Positions 13,016 to 28,559 are shown, numbered from the stretch's first letter. The stretch: DNA of 64,000 nt from Lama guanicoe (GCA_013239625.1 MU054187.1:17724711-17788710), one strand, 5' to 3'. Translations and numbers: made by a program. The notes: generated by a model from the sequence alone, not told the origin.

Positions 13016-15749
13016 CTGCCCTCCTGAAGTTCACAATATAGTTAAGAGACAGATTTACACAGAGATCTATTATTAGGGAAAATGCAAGTCCGATAAAGTT
13101 GATGTTTGAAAATAGTGAAAGCTGCATAATATTGCATTACAGAAGATAAACACTTGATTTCTATCACTCTTTTTCCCTGGTCTATGCAATAGAGTAACTA
13201 TATTAAAATTTAATTCTCAAACTCTATGCTATATATTTATACAAATACGTACCAAGATTTGATATGACTTACAGAGATGAAATGATCAATAGTACAATGT
13301 ATAAACAAATGAGCAAGTCAGAGTATGCGATTCAGCTAAGTAGTGACCTTGGTAAAGGAGGTTCTTGGCATTGTGTAGTATAAATTTCCTTCAGTTTTCT
13401 GGAATTCACACTAGCCAGAGAAGGAGGTTGTATCTTAATCTGCTGGCCTAAGTAACACGTTAGCCAGAGAGGAAAATCTCTGGGAAGACATTTGTGGGCC
13501 TTGAACAAAGGTACACTGGAGTTTCTAAGAATATGCTTTACAGAAATGTACTCTAGTACACTCTAATAGCCTAAAGAAATGGGAGTTCTGATAAGAATAT
13601 AATGAACTTCAATAGCAGGACTCCATAGGAAAAAAAAGGAAAAATAATACAAGAAACATGTTGTTACAGACTCAAGGAAGAAAGTACATTGTTTTATATA
13701 CAGAACCTTAAATTGTTTTTCCTGAATATTGTATCATTTGGAAAAAACAGAAAAATAGTGATAATCAAATTAACACTGTAACTGTAACAGGACTAAAGAA
13801 GTATTATATACTTTTTGACTCTGAAACTAAGAAATAAGAATGGCCAAGGTAATGATGTAGGTAATTTTTAACAGAACACATGTCTGCACTTTGGCTACCA
13901 TGATTCATTTTACACATTTCACTTGAGTAGGATGGTGAGACTATTATGACTATCCTGTTGAATTCCTAAGTTTTCTTTTATCCCACACGCTCTTTGAAAT
14001 CCATAAAACAATATATAACTGTGAATTTTAAGAGCAAAAAGTTATGTAAAAATAGCTATCACTAGGCAGTGACAACTTAAACAGAACCTGCCTTCCAGAT
14101 GGTTCTAAATAAAATTTGGTAAGTCATCAGATTTATTTAGGAAATATTTATTGAGCATTTAGTAAGTATAAGTCTCTGTGCTAGGTGCCGTAAGAAGTGA
14201 AATTTTAAAAAGACCACAAAATCTCTGACCACTAGAAACCGAAATATGTGATAGTGACCATATTTTTTTCTATCAGTATTTCCAGCCTTCCCCATCACCA
14301 CTCTGTTCCTCATTATAAGGAATTTTTCTTCTATTTCACTCTATAATGAGAATTTACGTTTTGCTCAGCTGACTCCCAGGCCTTTGTCACACAAAAGTGG
14401 GAAGGTAGATCCAGACACAGGTTAGAGTGCTAAGAGGAAAAAGATGGTTTATTTCATGAAGAAACAGGACCAGAATTATTCTTTATTGGGAAGAAATCAG
14501 TTAATGGTGAATGCAGACCAAAACAACTATCACGCTAACATGTTTCACTCAATTTGTATAATAAAGAGGCAAGAATTAGAGGATATGAAACCGGGTTTCT
14601 AAAAGAAACTTTAGGGGATTTGCCAAGTAAGAGGCCTCAGTGAAGACGAAAAGAGAAATGTATCAATATAGTATGGATGGAAGGACAGAAAAAAGCATTT
14701 TTATAGGTTGTGAATTAGACATTCTTTAATAATCTCAAAGAGGTACGTTTAGTATTGGGAATACTTTTCAATTATTTCTGGTTTTTAGATGAGATTCCTT
14801 TTGAATGTGGCTCCATACAAAGACAGGGTTACATGGGATCCTAAGGTTTATTAAAATGTACTCATTTACAGTAATGTCAAGACAAGGACAGACATACCTA
14901 TAAGAAACATCTATGTATAATGAACAATAATAGATGAACATGGCATATCCCATGTAGATTCTGGGGATCACAGGGAACACTGGCATGATTTCTTAATGTA
15001 TTTATTTGTTGAAGAAACAGAGAGTAGGCATTCAACACAGAAGAAAAAAATGAATAAACTGATGTTCACAGGTAGGAAGACATGGGGTCATATATTTTTT
15101 AAATAACCCCAAGTTAGACAAAGCATAGTATACGTGTTAAGTCAGAGGAGAGACACCGAGCCAGGTGGAGGAGTAGAAATCTGAGACCCTAAGGAAGGGG
15201 ACCTGGAAGCCCCAGAAGCTGATGAAAGTCACTGTGAACTCAAGATTGTGGCCGACAGCCCATCAGTGCTGGCAGACCAGCTCCAAGAGATCACTTATAG
15301 GGAAGAGTGTGGGCGTTGGGGCATGACCCAGGGACAAAGACCCTGAGACACAGACGGAGTCCAAACGAAGGGGCCTAACACAGAAACAAAAGAATTCTGA
15401 AAGTGAGAGTTAAGTTTTAGAAGGCAGTTTAAGGGCTACGAGATGAAAGTAGACACAAGGACTTATTCCAAGGTTAAGAATCCAGCAGCTGAAAAAGCCA
15501 GACGTCAGAGGAAAAGCGAGAAGCAGCAGAGATGCATAGCACTAGGAACAGACAGGACCCTGCCTGGTAAAGCAGCTGCTGCTGTCCTTTATCCACACTT
15601 TCTATTCATGCCCTGAAGTACTCTTCAGTTTTTTTTAAAGGCACCCTACTTCTCAGGAGACGACGTGTGGTGCAACTACGAGGGGGAGAAAAGGTCTTTT
15701 TAGCACCACAGGAAGCGGGAAGAAGACTTCTTGATCTTTTCTCAGGATA

Positions 15750-15960
15750 GTAATAGCTATCCTTGTTCTAAACATGTACTGGATGCTTGATTATACACCT
15801 CCGATTCTCACAATCCCTCTGAAATATGACTATACCATCTCCTGATAAATGACCAGTCCAAGGCTCCGAGAGGTCAAGTTGCTTGTCCAAGACCATGCAG
15901 TTTCTGCGTTATAAAGCCAGGACTGAAACCTATATCCATCTTCATGCTCTTTTAACTATA
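15750..15960 (-). mobile_element. MIR remnant
   Basis: aaggctccgagaggtcaagttgcttgtccaagacca...agccaggactgaaacc resembles the MIR core. Confidence 0.55.
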
Positions 15961-15961
15961 A

Positions 15962-16200
15962 CAGAGTTGTCCAATAGAACACAAGCCAAACATACAATTT
16001 TACATTTTCTAGTAGCCACATTAAAATAAAAAGAAAGCAGTAAAATAGTCCAATATATCTAAAGTATTTCCATTAATATATAGTCAATGTAAAAGTCAAT
16101 GATAAATTCCTTTTTTTAATTTTGATATCAATTCTTCAAAATCCAGTGTCTGTTTTACACGCATCTCAATTCAGGCTAGCTACATTTCAAGTGGTCTGGC
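15962..16200. mobile_element. MER33/MER3-like hAT element remnant
   Basis: cagagttgtccaatagaac...ttttctagtagccacattaaaa...catctcaattcaggctagctacatttcaagtg. Confidence 0.6.
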
Positions 16201-18179
16201 TACCATCACAAATGATATACCCTATTCTGCTTCCCAAGGATTAAGCGGAGAAAGGGTTCACTTTTGGGACATAGGGGTATAGAGGGTACATATGTATGTA
16301 GTTCTTTCTCAGTGATCCTCAAATCTGGCTTCCTGTCAGAATTATCTGGAAAATAATTTTAAACATATTAAGAACGTGGCTCCATCTCCTTAGATTTTGA
16401 TTTTATTTCAAGGTAAGGTCCAGGCATCAATATGTTTTAACTTTGTTGAAGTGTAATAAGTAGTGCACTCTTTTTTTTTTTTTCATAAAATGATCACACT
16501 CAGGTAACCTTCATCCAGATCAAGGATCAGAATATTCCAACACCTTAGAAACCCCCATCAGGTTCCCTTCTAGTCACCACACCCTGCAAAGCACTACATC
16601 CCATGAGACTGACAAAATGGTGAATCCACATCTGTTCTTACAGAGCAGGCCCTGGGGTTCAGCCCAGAACCATCACCTAACACATTACTGCTCACTGCAG
16701 GTGACTCTCTGCAGGGCTTTATTCTCAGGTTTCTCAGGTCAACTCGGAGCCCCAGAACTAATAAACCACATGCTAGCCCATTTGTCTTTTAAATGATCTT
16801 AACCCAAGAAAACACAGGTTCTTCAAACCACTATATCCTTTGGTCCAGGCAGGTCCAATCTCCATTCAGCCCTGAACCAGTGGCTCCATCTCCATTCAGC
16901 CCTTCTTAGCTGTCTGATACCAGGATACAACTTAGTGCAGTCTGTAACACAGATTTCACTTTCTTACTGAACAAGCTTTAGTATAAGTCCCAGGCTTATA
17001 CCCTTTTCCTTGGTACTTAATTCCCCAAACTTTTGCTCCAGCCCTTCTCATTACCACATGTACCCTCTGGTTCTATAAATTCAATTCTTTGGAAATAGCA
17101 TTTGTTCTTCCTGTTAGTCATTTACCTTCCACAGATTGGAGAAATTTAAAATAAATTTCTAAGAAAATTTGAAATTTGTGTCTTCCATGTGTTCCCTCAT
17201 TGGCTTAATTAGGGGAAAAAAATCAATTAAGAAAGTTCCTAACTCCAGCCAACCTAAGTAGACATGAAAACGGATTGTATCCTTGAGTCCCATGCTACAA
17301 TGAATCCTAAGTAAACACCTTCTCAGTGTGTTGAACACCCAGCAATATTCGGCCTGCCACTTGTTGGAATCACAATTGCTTCAGTGTTGGTTTTTCCCCT
17401 GCTCTCAGAACAGTGCCTTGTTGTACTTCCAGCCCATACAAGAATATTTTGAATGAGTCTGACTTTGCAAAGACAGCATTTGCAACTGAAAATAGGAAAA
17501 CATGACCATCTGTTCTTCCCTTCATAGTTCAATCTGACAATATCCTAACACAGCTGTCTTCCTCTTTGACTCCATCCTACTCAGCCCACCTGCCTCATTC
17601 CACCAGTTTCTCACTTAAGCTTCTTCACTTACATTGTGTCTCTCCACATTCCTCTCCTCCTACTCACTTAGCACCACTTGCCTCCATTTTATCGCTTCAT
17701 GATTCTTACAACCCTCAAGAATACTCAATTAACTGCCTGTCATTTTCCATCCTCCGAATCTCAGATTTTCCCCTCAATCCCTCTGCCCAGCACTTTCTGC
17801 ACTCCTCAGCCATTGCCTAACTTCATATGGCAGAGAGAAAAAAGGAAAGGAGGTCCACACCTAAGCTTCTAGGATGAATCTAAAGTTTGCTGGAGGTATG
17901 GAAATAAGCCCTAGGTTTTGGGGAGGGGGAGGGGAATAAGGGAAATTGAAGGGGAGGGATGCATAAAACTGGTGGCAAGGGTATTTTCACCTCTATCACT
18001 ATAGATTTCCAATGAGTCATTTATTACCTATGGGAGAAGCATTAGAGGATACCCAGTGCCACCACCAGAAGTCAGAAATGTTCACAAGTCCCCAAATATC
18101 AGAAAGACATTTTGATTTTTCATCTGCTTATTCAGTGGACGTGACAATTTTAAGGAACACCTGGGAAATATATTTAGGA

Positions 18180-18420
18180 GAGCATGATTTTAACAGCATG
18201 AGCTCAGAACCCAGACTTCTTACTAAGTGTATGATTTTGCTCAATTTGCTTAACCACCCTGGGTATCAGTTTCTTGTCTGTGAAAGGAAATAATGATAGC
18301 TCCCTTAGGAATGTTCAATAATAGGTAAGAAGATTTTTAAATGTTGAGATTTGTTAATATATATAAAGCACTGAGAACAGTGCCTGAAACAGTATAAATA
18401 TTAGCTATTAACATTGTTAT
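18180..18420 (+). mobile_element. MIR remnant
   Basis: tcagtttcttgtctgtgaaagg...aaagcactgagaacagtgcctg...taaatattagctatta. Confidence 0.6.
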
Positions 18421-19800
18421 TGCTGTGGTTATATGAAATATGTATTTATAGTCTTAGGTAACTCAGAACAGTCAAATGGCTTTTACTTCTTTATGGGTAG
18501 TGCCACACAATGGCCCAGAGGTTTTACTTATTTACTTATTGTACAAATATGAATAAGTTCCTTCTACATGCCAGATACTTTCAGGATGCTGACTATACAA
18601 TGGTTTAACCACAGGATGATATCTGATCATGTGAAGCTCACAGACTAAAACAACCTGGTTTAATCGGATGCTAGCAACTGACATACTTAGAGCATTTCCT
18701 CTAGTCTACTGTAGGAAAGTCAAATTTTGAGGAGTAAAATTTGAACTGGGAGGAAAGAGAGAGAGAGAAGAAAACTAACTTTATCTTACAACCGTTACCT
18801 TTGCATTTTCACAATGTCAACAGATAGTAGAAGGGGAGGACATAAGTACTCATAAGGAGATAGAATGCAAAGCCATCGGCGTTCGGCACCAGAAGAACAG
18901 GGGGTATCACTGGACAGACTCAGTTATTTGATGACATTGATTTTATTACTGGAACCCCTAAGAGTTTCTTTTTAAACTTCTGATTTAAATGCAGACAAAA
19001 TTCCTTTCTTTTGGTTCCCCTTAGTAAAACTGAGACTAGGCAAATAGTCTAGTAAACACCAAGGAAACCAAAGAGTAACTAACAATAGAGAGACAGGACA
19101 GATTGATTGGCTTATTAAAGGAAGGTTTCTTAATTTTAATCTAGTTAACTTCAGTCAGGATCTCCAGGCCCTCTGATTACTCACGAGATCTTCTAAAGGG
19201 AGATGAGACACTATCCAGAAAATTCTCCCTTTTCATCTATAGATTTTTCCTCCTATCCCAAATTCTAGCTAGGCTGAGACTCTTCTCCCCCTAGTGAGAT
19301 ATATCATGAAAGCTAACTTTAATAAGTATCTATTTCTAGCATACAGTATTAATTTATAATTAATATAATTTTCACACCTTATTTATACATACTAAAGAAG
19401 TATTTTTTAATTGATTTTTAAAAAATGATCCTGAAGCCCTCTAAATTTCAGCCAGCATATAGCAGGATTATGAAGCTATTTACTAAACCAGAAAAGTTGA
19501 CTTTTAAAATGTTATTGTTATAAATAATAATTTTTAAATAAACTTTCCTCTTAATCCTAAGCAAATTCTATATAATATATATTCTGATTAATCCAATATT
19601 TACTGTAATTGTCTTTGAATAAATATTTCTGTGTTAAATAAGGTACATTTCTCAGACAGGAAAAGCAAGTTATTTAACAAAATTAAACCATCATTCATAT
19701 ATCTCAAGTGTAAATTAAAAATATGCCTTTATATTTTTCTATATTTCTATTTTCTAATCTGTATTTCTGTTAATATTGATAAATAATAAGTAATAGATTT

Positions 19801-19817
19801 CTGCCTCCTGGTGGCCA
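19801..19817 (-). promoter_or_regulatory. CTCF core motif, reverse orientation
   Basis: Reverse complement TGGCCACCAGGAGGCAG closely matches the CTCF core TGGCCACCAGGGGGCGC. Confidence 0.6.
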
Positions 19818-21029
19818 TATGCAGTTCTTACAGGAAAAAAATAGCCTGTATCTCTTAAAACACAACAAATAGATTTTGTTTTAGAATTTTGTTTAGAAAG
19901 CTACTCACTCTGGAAAGCAATGGTAGGTTGGCTTGGGAAGGGAAAGAGTCTGCAGTGGCAGCCAAGGACATGAATGCCTTCCAAGGTCATTGTGGAACAC
20001 AATTCCCCCTTTTCACTCATTGGCATAAATACACGCACATAAACTCGAGTCCTCAGGAAAACCAGTTTTGATAAAACTAAAATGTTTGCCTGATAATTCT
20101 AATACATTCATCACAAATATCTTCCCTTAAGACTCAAAGTCCTAAGGTTACAGTATGATTTGCCTTTATTACTTTTAGCCAAATAGAACATTCTTTATAC
20201 ACACTCTCCTGATGTAAGATCTCGTGTTAATCAGATATGGCCAAGAAATGTATGCTCCTTTGTTTGGTTAAATTCCTTTACTTGGCCATAGAATAAAACC
20301 TTTTGGGAAGTATCAAACATGCCTTCACAGGAATATAGCATTGCTTACTAAAACTATGTTAGAAATGCAGGAGGTTTTGTCAAAATAATAATTTACTGAG
20401 GTGATTTTTAAAACCATGACTTATCAAAATCTAAGTCAATTTTTAAAGGGTTGCCTCCATAGAAATAATAGTAAAATATGTTGCATGTCATGTCACTATT
20501 AAATATTATTAAATACTCATAAGCTTATGATACTGAATACTTTTGAATAAAAGAAACATGTTTCAACAGAAAATCTTAACAGCTGAGGTAAATTTGTAAA
20601 AATCTGTAATTTTGAAATTTTTACATAAATTAACTCAAGACTGATTAAGCACCTAAATCACCTTTCATTGCAATATGAAGATTTAGTTGGGAAAGTGATA
20701 CAGAAAATATTATAATTTATTCTACATATCTCACAATGCTCCTTTGACTAGTGCTGATCTGCAGAAGGGAAAGAATTGAATGGATATCATTTTCACATAA
20801 GTAATAAAAATAGTAAGTTAACTGATCCCAAATCACCGAACTTGTATGTAAAATATTTTGTTAAACACTACCAGAAATGTTCTTTTTTCTTTTTTTAACT
20901 ATCATTTTGGGAATATAAGAGGATTATATTCTCATTGAAGGAACAATAAATTCATGAGAACAAATGTTATTTGACTTACAAGGACAAACATTCACTTACT
21001 CATGACAGCCCTCTAATATAAATTTTAAT

Positions 21030-23640
21030 TTTTAAAAAAATTAAACATATATCAATAAAAAAGTAGTATGATGAACTCGCATCCAGTTATTATCCAGCTT
21101 CGGCATCATCAGTTCTTGGGGAATCTAGTTTCATCTACACTACCACACACCACAACCCAACTAGATTAATTTGAGGAAGGCCCAGACATCACGTTGTTCT
21201 AATTTTAAATACTTCAGTTTGTATCTCTAAAAAATAAAGACTGTTTTATATATTATCACAATAGCATTGTCACAACTAAAGAGAAAAAGTCTTATTATCA
21301 AATATTTAGTCGCTGTTCCAGTTTACAACTGTCTCACAAATGAGTCTATCATTAGTTAGTTTGAATATGGGCTCATAGTAGGTCTGCATATTTTAATTAT
21401 TGATAAGTGTCTAGTCCTTTTTACGATGATAGACTTTATTCTTTAGAGCGGTTTTAGAGTTGGAGACTGAACAGACAGTACAGAGAGTTCCTGCATGGAA
21501 GTGGCACACAGTTTTCCCAATATTAACATCTTACGCTATTATGGCACCTTTATTAGAATTGACAAATATTGATGTATTATTAATACCTAAAGTCCATATA
21601 TTATTCACATTTCCTGGTTTTTACCTAATGTCCTAACTCTGTTCCAGGTTACCACATATGTATATTGTCTGGTCTCCTTAGGCTTTTCTTGCTTATGGCT
21701 TGCTTATTTCCTTGTTTTTAATAACTTAGTAATTTTGATGAATTCTGGTCAGATATTTTGTAAAATATCTCTCAATTGAAATTTGTCTGATGCTTTTTCT
21801 CAACATAAATTGAGGTTATGGGTTTTGGGGAAGAAGATCCCAAAGATAAAGTGCCATTTTCATTACATCATATCAAAGATACATACTAGCAATGTGACAT
21901 ATAGTTGATGTCATGTTGATACTGTTTTCGATTTCCTGATAGAAGTTCTTTTAGGCAGACTTCTCCTCTGTAAAGTTTCTCTTATCCTTTCCCTTTTCCA
22001 CACTGTGCCCTTTAGAAAGAAGATGTGTGATCTTTAGAAAGAAGATATGTGATCATCGTGCACAGCCCACACTAAATGGAGAGTGATGCAACCCCTTATT
22101 TAGGGCTGGAATATCTATATAATTCATTTGGAATTCTGCATAGAGATTTGTCTCTTTTCCCTATTTATTCAGTCATTTATGGACCACAGATTTTTATTTT
22201 ATATTTTAGGTTATATTCCAAACAATACAATATATAATATGTAATCTAAAACAATACCGCTTTCCTTATTTTGTTACTTATATAATTCCAGTTTTGGCCA
22301 CTGGGGACTCTCTCAGTTGGCTCCTGTGCCCCTTTGACCTATTGCTACCAATGTGGATTTAGTTTTGAGTACTTCCTTGCTGGCACTATAAGATGACCCA
22401 GGGATATCTTGTATATTTCCCGCCCCATCTCGGAATTGGTCATTTCCCCAAGAAGCCCTGGTTCTTTTATTGGAGAATGGGATTAGAAACCAAGATCTGA
22501 GTGCTAAATGTGCCTGTTGCTACTGTAGTCTCATTTCTCTTAACCTTTCTCAGCTGAGACAGCAGACAAATATACGTATGCATTCTAACCTGTGTATATA
22601 CACATATCTATACATATTTGTAGATGTAATTATCCGTATATATATTACATTAAACATGAGTTCATACAGAGGCCTCCAACTCTAATCATTACTACACAAG
22701 TCTTCCTATTCTTCTCTCCTGGCTTATATATAAATTCCCATTCCAAAATAAAGAAACCTTGCTCCCACCATCCGCCATCCATTTATTTAATTGTTCCATT
22801 CCAGTTTACACATATAACTTTATCAGAATTGTTATTTACATGGGACACAAGTTTATCAACTAGACTACAGTGCTCATATGTATAGTTCCTTTTGCCTTTA
22901 GCCTTACAGACTCCATTTGTTTCCAAGTTTACTCAAGTCAGCACCATTTCCTCCACCACCTTCAATAAGGCTGTTTTGTACATTTGTAATATAGTTAAAG
23001 TCTCATCATATTTTGCATTCTTTCCTTGGGATCTCCTAACTTTGTAATAATTTTTAAAAATTTACATACATTAATGTTTAGTCTTTGTGCTGTAAAATTC
23101 TATGGGTTTTTCCCATAGAATTTTACAAATGCATAATGTCATATATGCATTATTACAATATCATACAGAATAGTTTTGCTACTTAAGAATCCCTGTGCTT
23201 CATCTATTTGTCAGAAGCACAAGCAACCACTTAAGTTTTTACTGTATCTATAGTTTTGCTTTTTCCAGGATGACATATAATTGGAATTGTATAGTATTCA
23301 GCCTTTTCAGATTGGCTTCTTTCATCTAGCAATATGCATTTAAGCACTATGCGGTTATCCATGTCTCTTCATGACATGATAGCTCATTTCTTTTTATAGC
23401 TGAATAATAATATTCCACCCTACCCAGAGTTTGTTTATCCATTCACCTATTGAAGGTCATCTGGGTTGCTTCCAGTTTGGGTAATCATGGAAAAACTCCT
23501 GTAAATTTTGAGGGGCAGGTTTTTGTGTGGACAAAAATTTTCAACTCAATTTGGTAGATACCTAAAATCATAATTACCAGATTATATGGCTAAACAGACA
23601 AGACTATGTTTAATTTTGTAAGAAATTGCCAATCTTCCAA
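21030..23640 (-). mobile_element. Old L1M (L1MC/ME-like) 3' fragments
   Basis: atagactttattctttagagcggttttag, ccttttcagattggcttctttca, tttatccattcacctattgaagg...ggttgcttccagtttgg are typical of antisense old L1 3' ends. Boundaries approximate. Confidence 0.65.
22011..22054. repeat. 22-bp tandem duplication, 1 mismatch
   Basis: tttagaaagaagatgtgtgatc / tttagaaagaagatatgtgatc. Confidence 0.9.
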
Positions 23641-23684
23641 CAGTAATTTTCTGATATTCCAACTATCTGGATTTTTTTTTTCTT

Positions 23685-23825
23685 GCAAAAACTCATAAAT
23701 ATCCTGACTCCCTCCCTTACTTCTTTGGAGCAGTTCCCTGGAACCTCTCGGAGGATGTATCCCAGGCTTAATTCCTCAGTAAGTCCACCAAATAAGACAT
23801 AATTCTCAATCTTTAGATTGTGCTC
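23685..23825 (+). mobile_element. ERV1-type LTR 3' fragment
   Basis: ttctttggagcagttccc...tcccaggctta.ttcctcagtaagtcc...aaataagacataattctcaa resembles R/U5 of ERV1 LTRs. Confidence 0.45.
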
Positions 23826-25175
23826 AATAAATTTTTACTTTTATCTTAATTACCAATTATACTTCTGTTTTCCACTTGATTTTTTTTCACTGGGCAGCAT
23901 TTATGCCCATGGCAGTCAACAGAAGTAGAACCCAAAAGTACTTGAAAGTCCCACAATCACAGTCACAGACTTGGAAAGGTTCAAATTTGTGGAGTACTAG
24001 TGAAATGTATGAAGAATTTTAATCTAAGATTCATAAATTCTACATTCTAGAATTTTAATATGAGGGATAGTATTTCTTAATTGTTCTTCTGCCAAATTTA
24101 AGAAATGTAACAGCTAACCATGATTTCTCTTCTATTCATCTACCATACTGTACTTATGTCACCATGAAAGCAACATAACCAAATCTCACATTTCTGAATA
24201 TTATTATATGCCTTCTGCTAACATAAAAATGGACACTGAGGTATACTATTGAAATAGTTTCTTTTTTTTCAAGTGCCAGAGTAAACTCTGGCTGATTCCG
24301 ATAAAATGATCTGAGTTCTCAAGCTTTGCATATGTCAGCATTCCAGTGAAGTACTAGGACAGAGGAAGCTGTTTCCATTCACACAAAAAATTCACAGACT
24401 TGAGCTGACTTGTCTTGTGTGCTTAACAAAACCACAAGTGGTGCTATCCTGCTGACAACCAAAATACTTCCTGCTATTCTTAACAGTATTTAAATTTATC
24501 TCCTGGCTGTCCTGCAGTTGTCTTTGTCTGTGAAGCAAGACATCAAATGGCCCCTTTATGTCCCAGTTTGCTTACTAGGATAGGCTATTTGCTTGGGAAT
24601 AGAAAGCATCTTAATTTAAAGAATAACAGAGTTATTATTCTTTCATAAACTTGGTTGAGAATGACCACATTTATTTCATAAAAAACAACAAAAAAAGCAT
24701 ATGATTGTGAATAATATAAGGTTTAGTAATAAATCCAAAGCTACAAATCCACAGAGAACATTCCCTTTAGGAAAGAAACTCTTATCTATAGTTGCCTCAG
24801 AAATTTACTATCCTTAGGATATGGGATAAAATAATATTAAAGGTCTGAGGCAATTATTTGATTTCAGTTGTGGTTAAATGTACCTTGTCACACTGCTCCA
24901 AAATTGTCACAGATTAAATATTTCACAAGTTTTGTAGACTATAAAATTCAACTATAAAAAGAGCCATCCAGTGAGTACTGCTGGACAAATTATAGGGTAT
25001 GTTCTTCTTTTTAGCTCCTAAATCATGCAGATAAATTTAGGCTAACGTGAAAAATATCAAGGACAACTTTAAGAAAATAAGTTTGTTACCAATGAATAAT
25101 TTTTAAGTCAGGAAGCAGTGGAGAGGCCAATATGTGCTAAAGGTCTCCACACCTGGTCCTCACAGCAGCCCTGAG

Positions 25176-25792
25176 TGTTGTATCTCGCGGACACTAAGAT
25201 GTATAGAAATGAGCTCTTTTTTCCAAAGCTCCTGAACGAGTCACAAAATGGCCTCCCCGACATTAAGGCAGCTTTAAGAATTTATTGCGATTAATTAACT
25301 TGCTTTCTTTAAGTTACTTCTAATTGACTAACTTGTTTTCCTCCTTGCTATCATTTAATTTGCCTGAGTGACTACATGCTTAGCAACCCCAACCCTATCC
25401 GTAACTAACTTGTATTTAAACCTAGGAACTATTTTCCAAAAAGAAGGTCATAAACAATAACCCTGAAGGAACAGATCCTCCAGGAGCCCCTGTGACACCA
25501 GAAGGATCAGACCAGATAACACCAAGGCCTCAGGCAATGACTTAAGGGACCACCAAAAGTTCCCATGACACAGATAACGAAGATTCCGTTATTCGGTATC
25601 GCTGATGTGCTCCATCGGTTTGCCTGTGCAATCGCCAAGCACCAACCCCAGCAGGGGCTTACAGTCTTTAAGGCCTGCTGTGACTCCCTTTGCCAGACAA
25701 AGCAATAAAGCTGCTCTTTTCTTTGCTCCCCAAACTCTGCCTCCATCTTTGAATTTGCTTTTCGGGATGCAGAGGCTGATTTTTCGGTATTG
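25176..25792 (+). mobile_element. ERV1-like solo LTR
   Basis: Starts TGTTG; caaaatggc motif; AATAAA at 25704-25709 followed by gctgctctttttctt; ends gaggctgatttttcggta. No clear TSD. Confidence 0.65.
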
Positions 25793-28559
25793 TACGTTCA
25801 AATTCAGTTTGTTAGAAATATTCTGGTACATGCTCCACGGAGAGGAACTAAACAACTCCCCCTACCCTTGGTATAATGGTTGCATAGGCGTCAGGTTTAT
25901 ATTTAGCAGCAACTGTTGCCTGCGTTTCTTCAACTCAGTGCCCCCACTGTGTCTCCACAACAGACCCAGGCCCTATTAGAAGGAATCCAGGGAGGACCCT
26001 TAAACACGCCATAACAGAGCAATAATGTGGGCAACAGGAAACCAACATGATATCCAGTTTATCATCTAGTCCTTATTCGTGAAGAATTCATATTTTTGTA
26101 GTAGATATATCTTGCTTTGACAGTCTAAAGCCTATTAGGAATAAAACACCCCCACCAAAACCCTCCTCTCTTCCCTCAGTTTCCTCCTGTGACCATGTGT
26201 TTGTTTATTCCTTTGTACATTTGTGAATACATCCATCTTCCACATTGTAATTTCCTTTGAGGGCAGCAACCGTAATACCTTTTTTTTTTTTTTTTAAATT
26301 AAGTATACTGTGTGTCCTGACAGCTTTTAGCAACATAGCCCTTGTGTTTTGTTTCTTTCTTTTGCTTAGGCTTTTCAGTATTGAACCCTCCCAGATCCAC
26401 TCAGTTTTTCTGGTGTGTTTTTGAATTAAAGTTCCTGAAACTATCCTCACAGCCATGCTTACAGCATGTGTGATTAAAGGAGGAAAACTTCGGTAGGGAG
26501 GAAAAGGTCTAAGTCTGTCATGTTATTCTAAAAGATGCTGCCTCCTGGTTTTCCTCCATGTGCTGGGAGAAAGGGATTATGGAAATACAGGATTTTTATT
26601 TTTAAATTTTTAACTCAGTAATTTTGACTCTTCATGTAGAAAAAAGTAACTTTCCTCTCCCAGTATGAATTTTACTGCTAGTTACAGTGTTTCCTAGTAG
26701 TAATTCAAATTGATTTACTTAGAAATTTGAATTACCCCTAATAACCATCTCACATATAGGATCAGCTACATGTCTTCCAAATCAAATGGTCTCCTTGTTA
26801 TAAATGCAAGTTTACATCAAGTGTGATTTTAAAAATGCATAATTAAAACATTTCACAGATTTGAAATTTTATTTTGAAATTTACCACAAGGGAAAAAAGA
26901 ACAGACTGAAGTTGATTGTGGTCTCTAGCCCTGAAAAATGGTACTAATCACTGACAGAAATTGGGGAAACTCTGAAATGAGAATGACTTTTAGGGGATTT
27001 TGATGCATTTAATTTTAAGTATATTTTGTTTAAGATCATGACAGGATACTCAAGAGAAAATGTCCTACAGGCCATCAGAAATGGGAATGCCTAGAGCTCT
27101 GTTAACAACTATGCTGGCACTATGATTACTCTTAACCTAACCGTGAGAACTCAGCACATGTGAAGTTTTAAAGATTACACTTCTTAAACATCTTCTGTAC
27201 CACTACTGGATTTCTGTACTAAAAATAAAATATGAAATATACTTCTATGATGTATCTATATTCTTTTTAACCCTAGGCGCTGATTTTTTGCCCTAAAGTA
27301 AAAAATAATGAATAGAACAATGCTCTAACTATAGCATCTAAATAGTTTTCCCACCTTTCTTCTTTTCTTACAAATATTGGCAAAGGTTACATACTATTTC
27401 TACCACCCTTTCCTAACATCTACAATCCTCTGCTCTTCCTTCAAGCACTCTTTTTTAAAATCAAATCTCCATTTCACAGAAAGTCCTCAGATTTTGAAAC
27501 AAGAATATTTTTGTAGAACTTGGAAACTCTAAATCACAGCAGAACACAAGTTATCCATTTTATAAATATCTTTCATTGTTCTTACTGGGCCTAGGCTAAA
27601 CAACACTAATTAAAAATGAAAATCAAAAACTTAAATAATTCTAAGGAACAAAGCAAATCTCTTTGCTTAAAAAAAAAACTAAGCTCATGCTAATATGGAT
27701 AGAAATACATTCAGGAAAAAAGTCATAATATTATCCTTTGACTACTTGAAAGTACAAAGTACTTGATACTTATTATATCTTCTTCTCACTAAAGATATGC
27801 ATTTCTGTTTCACAGATGAGAACACAGACACAGAGATATAATGCCATTACTTGCCTCAAACCATATTGGTAATTGGCCAAAAGAGAATTCAAAAGGCAAA
27901 CTTTTCTCCTAACTGCCAAACATAAATGCCTATCAAAAACTGTAAGTGATAGATAAATGTAAGCATTTCACCCTGGAAGATACAACAGTTTATTACTTCA
28001 CTTTCAAAACCTAAAAATTTATTTCAGGCATTTTTATACCTTGATCAGAAATAATATATGTAAAATTCAAATTTTATACATGTATAAAATGACATTGAAA
28101 ATTGATTACTTATTCTTTAAAAAACAGCATGAAAAATCAGTAGATCCAGTAAATAAAGATACTGTCAAATCTAGTTAATTATTAAAATATAAACATAATT
28201 CCTAAATGTATTAATTTGTTTATAAGAAAAGTAAAATAAAATAAACACCCCATAATAACTGTAATTTTAGAGTAAGATTATGACAGTTTTATGAGTAGTT
28301 ATTAAATACATTTTATTTTCCAAAAGAAAAATTTAAATTACTTTTTGAGAAGCTCTTTTTAAGTTATTATCTATTTCCATAGTTATTTACTGACATCTTA
28401 GAATATGATGAAGGTTTAATATAATCAAATGACCCCAATAACTGTCATTTTACATATACAATTAAATATATATTTACATATACATGTGAATACATATATA
28501 TTTTCTTTTTGTATGGTTCCTGTGCTAGTGGTTTCTTCCAGTTAATTCCCAATGAGAAA

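Noticed and set aside
25507..25979. Overlapping 79-124 aa ORFs
   Set aside because: Lie within or next to a solo LTR; no gag, pol or env similarity recognised.
26536..26552. CTCF-like tgctgcctcctggtttt
   Set aside because: Lacks the CC(A/G)C half of the core; weak match.
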